Shown here in pieces: positions 25,261-37,741 of a stretch of DNA of 64,000 nucleotides. The notes under the pieces were generated by a model, which was given only the letters and a program-made list of their open reading frames with translations, was not told the DNA's origin and did not search any database. Both the position numbers and the translations under genes were made by a program. Each line of letters begins with the position of its first letter. Position 1 is the first letter of the stretch. Origin of the DNA: Camelus dromedarius (taxonomy: Eukaryota); contig NC_087436.1 of the NCBI RefSeq assembly GCF_036321535.1, forward strand, positions 17,732,001 to 17,796,000, read 5' to 3'.

Positions 25261-28200
25261 TCATTTTGCTCCTCCTGATTCCATTTTATTAATTAAGCAG
25301 TTAAGTTTTCCATATACATACAATAATTCCAGATGGTTGGATTGTCTCCTTTTGACTCCCACATCCATATTCGTATTCTCTCTCTCCTCCTCTCTCCCCT
25401 TCCCTGTCCCCCTCTTTATCTTCTTCTCTTTCTCCATGGACTTCAATGAATTTTCATAAGTCTGATTCTTTTTCTGTTTACTCAACTTTTAGAGCAGAAT
25501 CTATACTCAGTCATGGCATATAATCCAATAGAAGACAGATAGAATGTATATGGGTCCCTCGTTAATGCTTCCATATTTTAAAGACCATGGTTTAAGGCAG
25601 AAGAAATAAAGAAGTAAGTAAAGAATAAGAAGAAAATTATGATAACAGTAAATTTGCGTAATAGTTTCAGAGTTCTCTAATCCTAAACCTAGAGGAATTG
25701 GGAGGTGAATTAGAGCCATAGACAATTACAGCAAAGAACTTGATTCCAGTATTTGTATAAACACCGTCCTGGAAGAGCAGGTCTTGGCATTTCCCAGCTC
25801 TCCCAGGGTTGCAGCTTGTGGTGTCTGAAGCACGTCCTATCTCAGCCACTTCCAACAACTCCCTGCTCATTCTCCTTGCCACTTGGCTCACCAGCCAGTC
25901 CTGCAAGGTCTTCCTGTGATGCACAGAGCCCTGAGCTAACCACCAGAAACACCAGAGGGAACAGACTTTCCTGTTCTCAAGGGTCCAGTGGGGAAATAAG
26001 CACAAAAATGGTGTGTTTTAACATATTATGATAAAGCATATAAAGTGTAAATATTGGATACTTTGAGGTTCTTGCAAATATGTGCGTATTATCATTATAG
26101 ACACCACGTGTAGATGGAACTATTTCTGTAGAACTACTGATTGAACTCACCTTGATTGAATTGATTTTAGAATGTGTTGAGACAAATTTATTCATTATTT
26201 TTGGTTTGGTTTAATTCTTTTTATGTCATTAATCAACCGTCAGCTTATTTTGTTCTTAATAGAATGCAGGCTCTTTTCTTCTAAGGCTTCTTATGCCGAA
26301 ATCAAGGGAACAAACTTTTCTTCTCATGTCTTTCTGTATCCATGTGTCTCAGACCTCACCTAGAAAGTTGCATCCAGTGAAGTCAGAAGGCCAGAGGCAA
26401 AATAATCAACTGGTTTACTCATGCATTCATCAAGCAACTTGCACAGTGAAACCACCAAGGTCACCAAGCTGTATCTAAGTATATATGCCATCTCCTCATA
26501 GTTTATACACTGTTATAATTCACCTAGAGTGAAGCATTTAATAGGTTAAACATGAATTTAGAAAGAAAAAAAGATTGCCAGATTTATATATGTTCAACCT
26601 ATAATGCATAGAAATGTACGTATATTTTTACATATTCAATCTCATAAATATATAGTTATATCTGTATCTACAGATACAGAGATATACACATATATGTCAG
26701 TGTCAGTTTGACAGTAACAGGTTATTGGTGAGAACATGTGCATAAGCATTTACATAGGGAATCCCGTTATGAAAACCATTTATCCCTACATGACAATGAG
26801 GCAAACACTAGAAGACAAATCAGAAAGAAAGAGTGAGGATGAAAACTCAAAGCCTTGACACATCACTGCAATAAGAGATTCTTTTCTCAACTTGCTGATG
26901 GTCTGTTTCTCCAGATTAATGGTAATCCAATACCATATGTTTAGTTCAACCCCTACAGTTTAGCGCATGCTTCTTTCAGATTCAGGCTGCTCGGTCAGCG
27001 GTTTCCATCGTTTTTGGCAGTGTTTTGATTTTTCACTAGAATTGTTACAGTAAACTCCAAATCTGAGTTTCTTAGATCAACCTTTAAGCTACATGCTTTC
27101 ATCTCTTTACTAGGGTATCAGTCTGCAAAGGAGCCAACAATGGTCATGCGTATTTGTATTTATTCACATGAATGATTAGGGTTTATAAATCCTTTCTGAC
27201 AGTTTATGGAGAAGTCTGCAAAACTGTCAATCTAGTATGATGTTTATATTTACATGTCCAAGTTCAAATTTTTAGCACTTTTTTTTACTGATAATTTTAT
27301 TCAGATATTTAGATAGTATTTCAATAAAAGTGGGATTCCCAAACACTTAGGAAAATACTATTCTCTGTACATCCCATTACAAATTAAAGGTTTTCAGAGA
27401 AACAGTATTGGGGAGTTGCTTTGGGGAAAGATTAAGACATCACACACAAGTAAGTGAAAGATGAAATAAGGGGAAAAAAACAGGGACCTTAATTTATGAA
27501 AAATGTGCCCAATTAATTTGTAATAAGCAAAAGGGTCAATAAAGTGGATAAGTGAGTGAACATCTATCTAGAGAAGGCATTGTTTTGTGTCCCCTGGAAG
27601 ACGTCAGGTATTCTCAGTTTATAAGGAAAATGATCTTCCTTATTGTTCCAAACTGTTTAGATTTTCATAATTATTTTTTTCCAGATGAGGAAATATCACT
27701 GCATAGCATTCTCTGAAAAGCTTTGAACTTTGCAGTCATTTGAATCTGAGGGAAAGAGGGGAGAAATAGCTACAGACCATGACTTCAGGGAATGAAGTCA
27801 CATGAATTTTGAGAGTGGACGGCTTTGGAAAGACGGATATTCTCTGGGGCAGTTTTTGCTAACTCCTGGGGTTTAAAAGTACTGCTAGGAGAAGTTTACT
27901 TCTTATATGATCTCTAATAATTCATTTAGGGAAAATGACCTTGTTATGCAACTCTGTTTGGAGCTGTTAATTAAAATTAACGAGGATCTTGCTGTTTTGC
28001 ACTGGCTTGTTTCTTCGATCAAGCTAGTTTAATCTGGACTGGTCTGACGTCCTGCCTGGACAGGTTTGACATTCTGCCAAGAAGCCAGCAATAGGCTGGG
28101 GGAGGTTGAAACACTGCGCTGGCAAGCAGCGGAGTTTTGAAAGTTGAATCTGGGGCAGCAACAACAGGAAGGAGCCTGATGCCCAGAGGTAAAGGTGACA

Positions 28201-29042
28201 ATATTCTAAGTTACCAGTGTGGGACAAATCCACTCCTTCCGTGTCAGAAAGATTTGTGCTTTTTTCAGTTATCAGTTAAAAACTAGGTATCGACACTCAG
28301 AGAATTCTAGCAATGAGGCAGAATTGCCACTGAAAAACATCCTCAAGAAGTAACTGAAATAGCCAGTGCCAGAGAACCTGCAGGAAACATCAGCTCTCTA
28401 TTTGCCTTATTCTGCGTTTTAAAAACTAAGAAAAAACTAGATTTACTTCCTGTAAGAGCCCCAGTTTTTTTGGCTTTAAGGGTAAGGAATACTTTTAAAA
28501 TGTATTCTAACATGTCATGATTCTTTAACAACTTACTGGATTCCCTAAATATATATGATACATAATTTGTACTTGGCAGATTCAGATATTTCAGTCACAT
28601 AGGAAGGGAAACTAACAGTTAGAGGGGCTGCAAGACAAAACTAGCACTTCTCTCCTGATCAACACACACTGTTTCTTTCTCCCAGCGAACAACGCAAGGT
28701 TGTATTCGTTTGCTGATACTTATAGGTAAACATGGAAAACAGAAGGGTTCATGGTTTCCTAACTATTTAGCAGTCGCACTTTAATAATTATGTCTTCCTT
28801 TCAATATACTGCTTATGTTCAGTCCCTCTGTGTGATGACTAATTAGTAATAAAATAAGGGGATTATTGTTAAGATGTCAGTCCCCCCCCCCCCAAATGAT
28901 CTGTAGATTCAATAGAATTCCAATCAAAATCCAGTAGAATTGTTTTTAGGAAATCATCAAGCTGGTGCTGAAATTGTTTTTTTGTTTGTTTGTTTTGGGG
29001 GGTTTTTTGAAAAAACAAAATAAAATAGCATTAAAAGTCAAA

Positions 29043-30108
29043 AATATATGTCAGATAATGTTTTGCCTATGTTTTCCTCTAGGAGGTTTATTGTATCTTG
29101 TCTTATGTTTAAGTCTTTAATCCATTTTGAGTTGATTTTTGTATATGGTGTAAGGGAGTGTTCTAGCTTCATTGTTTTACATGCTGCTGTCCAGTTTTCC
29201 CAACACCATTTGCTGAAGAGACTGTCTTTATTCCAATGTATATTCTTGCCTCCTTTGTCAAAGATGAGTTGACCAAAAGTTTGCGGGTTCATTTCTGGGC
29301 TCTCTATTCTGTTCCATTGGTCTATATGTCTGTTTTGGTACCAATACCATGCTGTCTTGATGACTGTAGCTCTATAGTATTGTCTGAAGTCTGGGAGAGT
29401 TATTCCTCCAGCCGCTTTCTTTCTCTTCAGTAATGCTTTGGCAATTCTAGGTCTTTGATGGTTCCATATGAATTTTATTATGATTTGTTCTAGTTCTGTG
29501 AAATATGTCCTGGGTAATTGGATAGGGATTGCATTAAATCTGTAGACTGCCTTGGGCAGTGTGACCATTTTAACAATATTGATTCTTCCAATCCAAGAGC
29601 ATGGAATATCTTTCCATTTTTTAAAGTCTTCTTTAATTTCCTTCATCAATGGTTTATAGTTTTCTGTGTATAATTCTTTCACCTCCTTCGTTAGATTTAT
29701 TCCCAGATATTTTATTACTTTGGGTGCTATTTTAAAGGGGATTGTTTCTTTACTTTCTTCTTCTGTTGATTTATCGTTAGTGTAAAGAAATGCAACTGAT
29801 TTTTGAACGTTATTTGTAACCTGCTACCTTGCTGAATTCTTCAATCAGCTCTAGTAGCTTTTGTGTGGACCTTTTAGGGTTTTCTATATATAGTAACATG
29901 TCATCAGCATATAATGACACTTTTACCTCTTCTTTTCCAATTTGGATCCCTTTTATTTCTTTCTCTTGCCTGACTGCTGTGGCTAGGACTTCCAGGACTA
30001 TGTTGAATGGGAGTGGTGATAGTGGGCATCCTTGTCTTGTCCCAGATTTTAGTGGGAAGCTTTTGAGTTTTTCACCGTTGAGTACTATGCTGGCTGTAGG
30101 TTTGTCAT
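29043..30108 (-). mobile_element. Young internal L1 ORF2 fragment (RT domain with YADD), lacking 3' UTR and poly(A)
   Basis: The 214-aa ORF 29038-29682 ([18 protein letters not shown]...WNRIESPE) is L1 ORF2. The YADD codons are the reverse complement of 29900-29911. One apparent frameshift near 29810. Confidence 0.95.
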
Positions 30109-30280
30109 TTTTTAAAAAAGAAAAAGAAATTTAAAGGAATAACACTAACTTATTTCCAGACTTTCTGTAAAGCTACACTAATCAAGACAGCGTGTGGTAT
30201 TGGAGAAACAAAGAAATGATCAACGGAACACAATAGAGGTTCCCAAAACAGACCCACACATATATGGTCAGTTGACTTTT

Positions 30281-30381
30281 AGATTTTTATGTATTTATTT
30301 ATTTAATGGAGGTTCCAGGGATTGAACCCAGGACCTCGTGCATGCTAAGCACGCACTCTACCACTGAGCCATACCCGTCCC
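30281..30381 (-). mobile_element. Vic-1-type (camelid) tRNA-Ala-derived SINE with 12-bp TSD
   Basis: Reverse complement reads 'gggtatggctcagtggtagagtgcgtgcttagcatgcacgaggtcctgggttcaatccc' plus an A-rich tail. TSD cagttgactttt at 30269-30280 and 30382-30393. Confidence 0.9.
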
Positions 30382-31744
30382 CAGTTGACTTTTGATAAAG
30401 GTATAAAACCTATTCAATGGTGAAAGGATTATCTTTTCACCAAATGGGCCAAAACAATTAGTGATTCATTTTTTAAAGTATCTTGATCTATACTTTGTTC
30501 CCCATACAAAAAATGAACTCAAAATAAGTAATGTATCTATACCTATAATTATAAAACCTATAATTATAAAAATCTAAGCAGAAAACAGGAGAAAATCTTT
30601 GTGACCTGGGGTTAGCCAAAGATTTCTTAGGCATGACACCAAAAGCACACACACACACAATATGACAAATTGGACTCCATAAAAACTAAGAACTACCCTT
30701 CAAAAGACATTCTTAAGAGAACAAAAGGACTGGCTATATACTGGGAGAGAATATTTGCAGTACTCACATCTAATTTTAAAAACCTATATATACAGAATAT
30801 TAAAATAATTTCTCAAAATTCAGAAAGAAAGTAAACAACCAATAAAACAAATGAGCAAAGGATTTGAACAGACACTTCACCAAAGATGATATACAAATTG
30901 CAAGTAAATACATGAAAAGATGTCCAACATCATTTATCACTAGGGAAATGCATTAAAACCACAATTATATACAGCTAAACACCTATTAGGATTGCTTAAA
31001 AATTTTTTAGTAGTAAGTTCTGGTGAGAATGTGAGCAATATTGGTGAGAATACAAAATCGTAAAGTCAATTTCTCAAACTGGCAGTGTCTTCAAAAGTTA
31101 AAAATGCACTTACAATAAGAGCTGGTAATCTGACTCCTAGGTATTTACCTAAGCGAAATAAAAAACTGTTCACACAATTACCTCTATGCAAATGCTTATA
31201 GCAGATTTCTTTGTAATCATCAAAAACTGGAAACAATCCAAATGTCCTTTAGCTAGGGAACGGATAAACAAACTGTAGTCCAGCTGTACAGTGGAATACT
31301 ACTCAGTAATTGAAAGGAATTGATATTCACAACTCGGGTGATTCCTAAATACATTATTCTAAGCAAAAGAAACCAGACCCAAAAGACAGTAAATGGGAGG
31401 ATTTCATTTATACAACATTCTCGCCAAGGCAAAACCGTAGGGAAACAGAACAAATCAGTAGTTGCAGGAAGCTAGAAAGGGAGTCCTGGAGGAGTTTTGA
31501 AGTTGATAGAATTGTTCTATGTATTAATTATGGTAGTGATGCTGGTTACATATACATGTTTGCCAAAACTTGCAGAATGTTGCAGTACAAAAAGTAAATG
31601 GGGAAAAAGTACTGGGAGGAGGAGGTAATGACAAAAACTAGTAAGAAGATGGAGGGCAAAGTTTAGAGCCACGGAGGAAGGGTGAAGTGCAGGGGAGCTG
31701 GGGATTCAGGTCACAACCCCAAGGGAAGAATCCTATGTAATCCC

Positions 31745-31930
31745 TTTGATCTTAGGCATTTGATATAGTTGGTTTCTTGAGCAAGTTATTTAACCTTTCT
31801 GAAGCCTCCATATCTTCTTCTATGAATTGCAGACATATAACATCCACTTCATGGGAGTAGTGGGGGGTAGCTGTATTACTAAATGAGAAAATGTCCCAGC
31901 TTAGTTCTAGCACAGCGTTCAACACATGAT
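31745..31930 (+). mobile_element. MIR SINE
   Basis: 'cttgagcaagttatttaacctttctgaagcctcc...taaatgagaaaatgt'. Confidence 0.7.
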
Positions 31931-31989
31931 GGTTCTTCTGAGTGAACAGCAGCTGGAGCCCACGCCTGTGCTCTCTGTGTCACGTGCCC

Positions 31990-32420
31990 TGGGCCTCCCT
32001 CCGTTTTCAGCCACAGATAGGTGGACAGATTTGCATGTCTCAGACCCACAATGCGCTGACATCATCCCATCTCCAGAGTGTGCCGCTGATCGTTCCGCAT
32101 TCTGTCCCAGGTCCTGGGAACACTGTGGGGCCAGCTGAAAGGGCAGACCAGGAATGTCAGGCAGTTAAGACCCCTGAAACAACCCTCAGCCAGTGGCGCA
32201 CAGCACACAGTCCTCCAGGAGAATTGTGGGAGGTTGCAGCAGAATAGGGACCCTTTGCTTACAGGAGGGACTGCAATAATGTACCCGCATATCGTCTTCC
32301 TCTTCCCCATCTGGTGCTCCGCACTCCCTCTCTCCAGCTTCCTGAGATCACCTCTCAAATAAACCACCTATCCTAATGCCCCATTTCAGGTTCAGCTTTC
32401 AAGAAAGCTATTATGAGAAA
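31990..32420 (+). mobile_element. ERVL LTR (LTR16-like)
   Basis: 'ggaatgtcaggcagttaagacccc...aaccctcagccagtg' and 3' end 'cttcctgagatcacctctcaaataaacca...tcaggttcagctttc'. Confidence 0.7.
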
Positions 32421-32449
32421 GTGCATTTTTAAATCTGATACGATGACTT

Positions 32450-33018
32450 TTTTTTTTAAATTGAGTATAGTTGGTTTACAATGTTGTGTCAGTTTCTGGT
32501 GCACAGCATAATGTTTCAGTCCTACATATAAATACATATATTCCTTTTCATATTCTTTTTCACTGTAAGTTCTATGAGATATTGAATATAGTTCCCTGTG
32601 CTATACGGTACAAACTTGTTGTTTACCTACTTCATATATGGTAGTTAGTATCTGCAAATCTCAAACTCCCAATTTATCTCTTCCTCCACCCCTTCCTCCT
32701 CTGGTAACTGTAAGTTTGTTATCTATGTCTGTAAGTCTGTTTCTGTTTTGTAAATAAATTCATTTGTGTCATTTTTTTTAGATTCCACATATGAGTGATA
32801 TCATATGGTCTGTCTGAATTATTTCATTTAGAATAATGATCTCCAGGTCCATCCATGTTGCTGCAAATGGCATTATTTCATTCTTTTTTTTGGTTGAGTA
32901 GCGTTCCATTGTACACACATACACCACATCTTTATCCAGTCATCTGTCGATGGACATTGAGGTTGCTTCCATGTCTTGTCTGTTGTAAATAGATCTGCTG
33001 TGAACACTGAGGTGCATG
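32450..33018 (-). mobile_element. 5'-truncated camelid-type L1 3' end with 14-bp TSD
   Basis: Poly(T) followed by 'aattgagtatagttggtttacaatgttgtgtc'. TSD tgatacgatgactt (32436-32449) / tgatatgatgactt (33019-33032), with a TT|AA target on the minus strand. Confidence 0.95.
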
Positions 33019-33287
33019 TGATATGATGACTTAACGAAATGTCCATTCTTCATGCTCCCAACTGTATAGACTCCTCTTCAGGAAATGCTATTTATGTTGT
33101 GATTTGTAACTTGCTAAGTACCTGTATCTGTATACTCTACCATCTTGGATAGCTGAGGCGTGCAGAATTTACAGATGCTTTGTGTCACAATCCTCTCCCA
33201 CTCTGGGCTTCCCACCCTTTGCTACCCAACAGAAAACCTCTGCTTTAAAATGAGTGTTGCCCCTGTTCTTACATCTTCAATCCCCAC

Positions 33288-33477
33288 TTCTTCCTGTCAC
33301 GTACCTGGTTGCTCCCCATTCATAACACAACTGAGCTCCCGAGCTGCTCTGCAAAATGGGCTGGGCCACGTCCAGGGCTCCTCTAGGCACAGACTTAGCT
33401 TCAACCCATTTTATAGAGTGGCTCAGGGGTGTAATGGTATAATGAATGGGAAGGGACCAGGCATGTGACAGGAAGAA
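33288..33477. repeat. Long imperfect inverted repeat (85/86-nt arms, 19-nt spacer)
   Basis: Arm 33288-33372 aligns to the reverse complement of 33392-33477 at about 63/85 positions (hand count). Confidence 0.9.
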
Positions 33478-33816
33478 AATTCGGCCAGAGGAACAAACAC
33501 AGACGTGGCAATATGCTTCCTATCCCAACAAATTAATGCTCTAAACTTCCCCCTTCCCATCTGCTTTTTCTAGTTCTTCTACCCCTCACTCCCATTCCTA
33601 GTTATTTGGAAAACAGCTTGTAGTACTATTTGCCCTATAGGAGAAAGTGTAGCCCAAGACTGTGTGGCAACTCAGCCCCATTGTAACAACATTTAACAAA
33701 CACAAAAGCAGCCTTGAAATATTATTGTATCCTTTAAAAAATGTGTCATCTATAGACAGCTGTCCACGTCTGGGTGTGATGCCAGGCTATGCTTTGGGGT
33801 GGTTTCGTATCCTCTC

Positions 33817-34010
33817 CCAGTGCTGTCTGATAGAACTTGCTGTGGGGATGGAAGTGTTCTTTGTTTGCATTGACCCCTGAACACTTGAAATGTGGCTAGT
33901 GTGACAGGCACTGAACTTTCAATTGTATTTAATTTTAACATAAATTAAATATAATTAATTTAAATGTAAATAGCCACATTTGGCCACTCTAATACTGTGT
34001 TGGACAGGTC
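33817..34010. mobile_element. MER3-like hAT-Charlie MITE
   Basis: 'cagtgctgtctgatagaactt...acacttgaaatgtggctagtgtgac...aaatagccacat...gttggacag'. Confidence 0.85.
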
Positions 34011-34619
34011 CATAATTTCATTACCAACATCACAGCAATGAAACCTCTATCTGCTAAGGGGATTCTTTTTTGTTGGGTTTTTTTTTTCTGGGTCATGCTG
34101 GCACTTGAATTTTAACCCCTTTTGAGTGTAATTATTAGTATTTAGGAAAAAAATTTATGCTTTTAAATTTATCAGCCTCCCAAGAGTCATAAACAAGCCC
34201 TATTTCCTTTTAAAAACTTTCAAGAACATAAGCAAAAGCCAACGGCCTCTTGAACAGGAAGACTTTTCTCAAAAACTAAATGTGCGGTTTAGCACCAATC
34301 TCCATATACTCTCTGGCTCCCTTAGGAAGAATAGATTTAAGCAGATGAGTAAATAAGTCTCAGCCTCTTGCATTATTTTGTTTCTCTAATTTGAGAATAA
34401 AAAGAATCCCCAAGAGAACCCTGTCCTGCTCCTTTATCTGTTGCCTGTATCGCTGCTGAAAACCTGAAGACATACATGATATTTTTTCTAGGCAACCTAG
34501 CCTACTTGGAAATTATCAGAATTCAGGTAACTGACAACAAAAAGTAACTTGTGTTCAGTAATAATGTACAGTCTAAAATAAACTCTTAATTCTCCTGGTA
34601 CACTAAAGCTGTATTCTCA

Positions 34620-36110
34620 GATGTCAAACAGTTAAAATTCACTCATCCTTACTCAACCCCTTTTCTCTGTGCATGTGAAGCAACACCAGCTCTTATTGAA
34701 GACACCTTCCTTCTTGAACCTCTCTCCTCCCCTGCCTTCCCATAGCCTGGGCTGTCTTTGTTTCAATCCTCCCTCTCTGACCATTCCTTATCCTATTGTC
34801 TCTTTGGTTTTTCTTCTACCTCTACCATCAGTCGGGTTTTCTCCTTAGCTTTCCACACTTCTCACTTTCTAGCTCTTGAAAACAGAATTTGTTCATCTCT
34901 CCAATGTAGCTCGCAATCCTAGGTTAATGACCACCCCAAACCTAGCATAGATTTTTTAATTGAAGTATACTCAGTTACAATGTGTCCATTTCTGGTGCAC
35001 AGCACAATGTCCTAGTCATGCATATACATACATATGTTTGTTTTCATATTCTTTTTCATTAAACGTTATTACAAAATATTGAATATAGTTCACTGTGCTA
35101 TACAGAATAAATTTGTTTTTTATCTATTGTTATATATAGTGATTAACATTTGCAAATCTCAAACTCTCATATTTAACCCTTCTCACCCCCTTTCCCTGGT
35201 AACCATAGGTTTCTTTACTATGTCTGTGAGTCTGTTTCTTTTGTAGATAAATTCATTAGTGTCCTCTTTTTTCTGTTTTTTTAGATTCCACATATGAGTT
35301 ATATCATATGGTCTGTCTGAATTATTTCATTTAGAATGATGATCTCCAGGTCCATCCATGTTGCTGCAAATGGCATTATTTTATTCTTTTTATCACTGAT
35401 TAGTATCCCATTGTATATATATTCCACAACTTCTTTATCCAGTCATCTGTTGTTGGACATTTAGGTTGATTACACATATTGGCTATTGTAAATAGTGCTG
35501 CTGTGAACATTGGGGTGCATGTATCTTTTCGAATCAGAGTTCCCTCCAGATATATGCCCGGGAGTGGGATTGCTGGATCATATAGCAAGTCTATAAATTT
35601 CTGATTATGCTCTACAACCCTCTATGCATAGACATCTCACTGCTACCTCCATCTAACATCCCTAGAACTTGAACCATCACCTGCCTCATCCTGACAGTAA
35701 TCTAGACCAAGAAGGTCAGAGTCATCATTCCTTCCTCTCTCCTTGCCTCTGAGAGCCAATGAGGTTCCTTCCCTTTCATCACCACCTTATGTCAGTTCCT
35801 AGATGAACACAGTCTCCTCATTAGTCTAGCTCTGTTTTTCCTCCCTTCAATCCAACTTACACTCTCATCCTATAAATCTTGCAAAATTATTAGTTACAAA
35901 TCATTCCCCTTATCCGAAATCTCCAGTGAATCTCCACGACTTACATGGTATCCAATCCAAACCCCTCAGCTTTGCACTCTAGAGCCTTACTCTTGCCATT
36001 AACCCCACCTTCTCTGCCAGTACTTCCTTCCTAATAAAATTCTGTTCCTGCCTCCAGAATGCACTAGCTCAGTCCCCCTTCTCCATGTGACCCTTTGGGT
36101 CTTAAGCCAC
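34620..36110 (+). mobile_element. L2 fragments (34620-34950 and 35600-36110), split by an L1
   Basis: Pyrimidine-rich L2 ORF2/3' sequence 'ccttccttcttgaacctctctcctcccctg', 'agagtcatcattccttcctctctc' and 'tgttcctgcctccagaatgc'. Confidence 0.65.
34951..35593 (-). mobile_element. 5'-truncated camelid-type L1 3' end
   Basis: 'ttttttaattgaagtatactcagttacaatgtgtc'; ORF 35400-35588 (YDPAIPL...PMFTAALFTIA) is the L1 ORF2 C-terminus. Confidence 0.95.
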
Positions 36111-37741
36111 TTCTGTTTGGCAAAGACAATTAATGCCCACATCACTCACTTGTCACGTATTGTTCACTGACTGTGCGCTATGTGCATCTGTGTGTCTCCG
36201 TGTGTATCTGTGTGTGAAAATCAGAATGCGTGTAAAGCCCTTAGAATGCTTCCTGGCACAGAAGTGCTCAAGGAGAATTAGCAATCATCAGTATGATAAT
36301 TCTTATTATGACTGCTACCAATATGTAGTCCTACCAACGTATTCTACAGAATCTTGAAATTAGTACGTGCTCGACAAACACAAATTCTATAAAGAAACTT
36401 TCATGCATGGATGCTTTGCAAAGCAGTTCACAGAAGCACAGAAAGAAGCTAGTGATGGAGGGGGCTTGACTGAGGGTGGAAAGTAGCTTTCGCATAGAAA
36501 ATTCTTTTGTGAAAAGCTTTATCCAGTTTGTGTATACATCCAAATTATAATATATTTAGTCTCTTCTCAGAGATAACAGCCCTCCTCCTACCCATCTGTC
36601 ATGTCAGGTTGCGCTGAGCGAATGCTAATTTACCTTTTTGATATAGCATTTGACAATTTCTGGTTTCAGATATCACACGCAAGGTTGCACATCAGTGAAT
36701 CAAATTTGAATCCATATTGTCAAGTTCATATTTAGAATAAAATTATGTTGCATCTTTCATATAAACTTATAAGTAAAGTTGTATATCAGATGTGGGTGTA
36801 CATGTAACGTGAATGCAGAAAATAAAAGTGAGGCACAGGAAGACATTATTATCTTACTGGCTATGAAATTACTGAACCAGCTCAGTTGATTTACGGAAAA
36901 AGGTTTAAGCAGCTTCAGGTGAACTTTTGCAGTGCAACTTCTGGATGCCTGTTCCACTAATTTGTTAAATAAAAAGAGCATTCTTTTCATTCTAATTATT
37001 TCAGCCTCACGTGAAATACACTAAAAGCTAAACACAAGCAATAATATTCTTGTCATTTTTTTTCACCTGCCACCTCCTCAGAAATAATTAACCTATATTG
37101 AGAGAAGTAATTCTTCACTCAAAATGATTTTTACCCATGCAAAGGAAGCAGCATGCAATAAAAAATCATATAACCCAGTCATTCAGTACAAAAATAGACC
37201 TGAAAAAGCATTAACAGCAATTTAGTTCAGTACAAAGGAGAAAGTTGCCTGTGTTTACCTTAATTTCATAGGATAAATATACATTTCAGCTTTTCCATAT
37301 TCTTAAGGTTTTTTAAAAAAAAATTTAGGGACTGATTTATTGTAAGCAGGAGCATTTGGAGATGTTTTAAGTTTTGAATCAAAAGATATCGATTTTAAAT
37401 ATATTAGAATCCAAAAAATATTGACATGGTTTCTGACTTTCAAGTTCAACAATAGAGGCAAAGAGTCACAGACATGAGGAACAGCTTCAAGCAGCAGCCA
37501 ATCCAAATGGGAGTTTTCTAAGTTGCTTGCGGTGAGAGGAAGGGTCACAGTTTTCTGGGTACTGAGAAGGAAAGACTCATTTTAAAAACATCTTCAGTCC
37601 CTCATGCTAACTAGGTAGGCAGGTGAATAGGTGAACAGATGGATAGATAAATAGTTGGATAGATAGATACCTGGATAGTTGGATGTGTGGACTGGTCAGT
37701 GGATGGATGGGTGGAGAGATGAAGAATTAAATTACAATCAA

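Larger units (their letters stand above)
28865..31600 (+). mobile_element. Old L1MC/L1MD ORF2 3' part and 3' UTR, hosting a younger L1 fragment and a SINE
   Basis: 'aagatgtcagt...cccaaatgatctgtagattcaat' continues at 30109 'ttaaaaaagaaaaa...agctacactaatcaagacag' through 'aaaactggaaacaatccaaatgtcc'. Confidence 0.85.

Noticed and set aside
29038..29682. 214-aa ORF, the longest in the window, as a gene
   Set aside because: It is an internal L1 ORF2 fragment with no promoter, true start or C-terminus.
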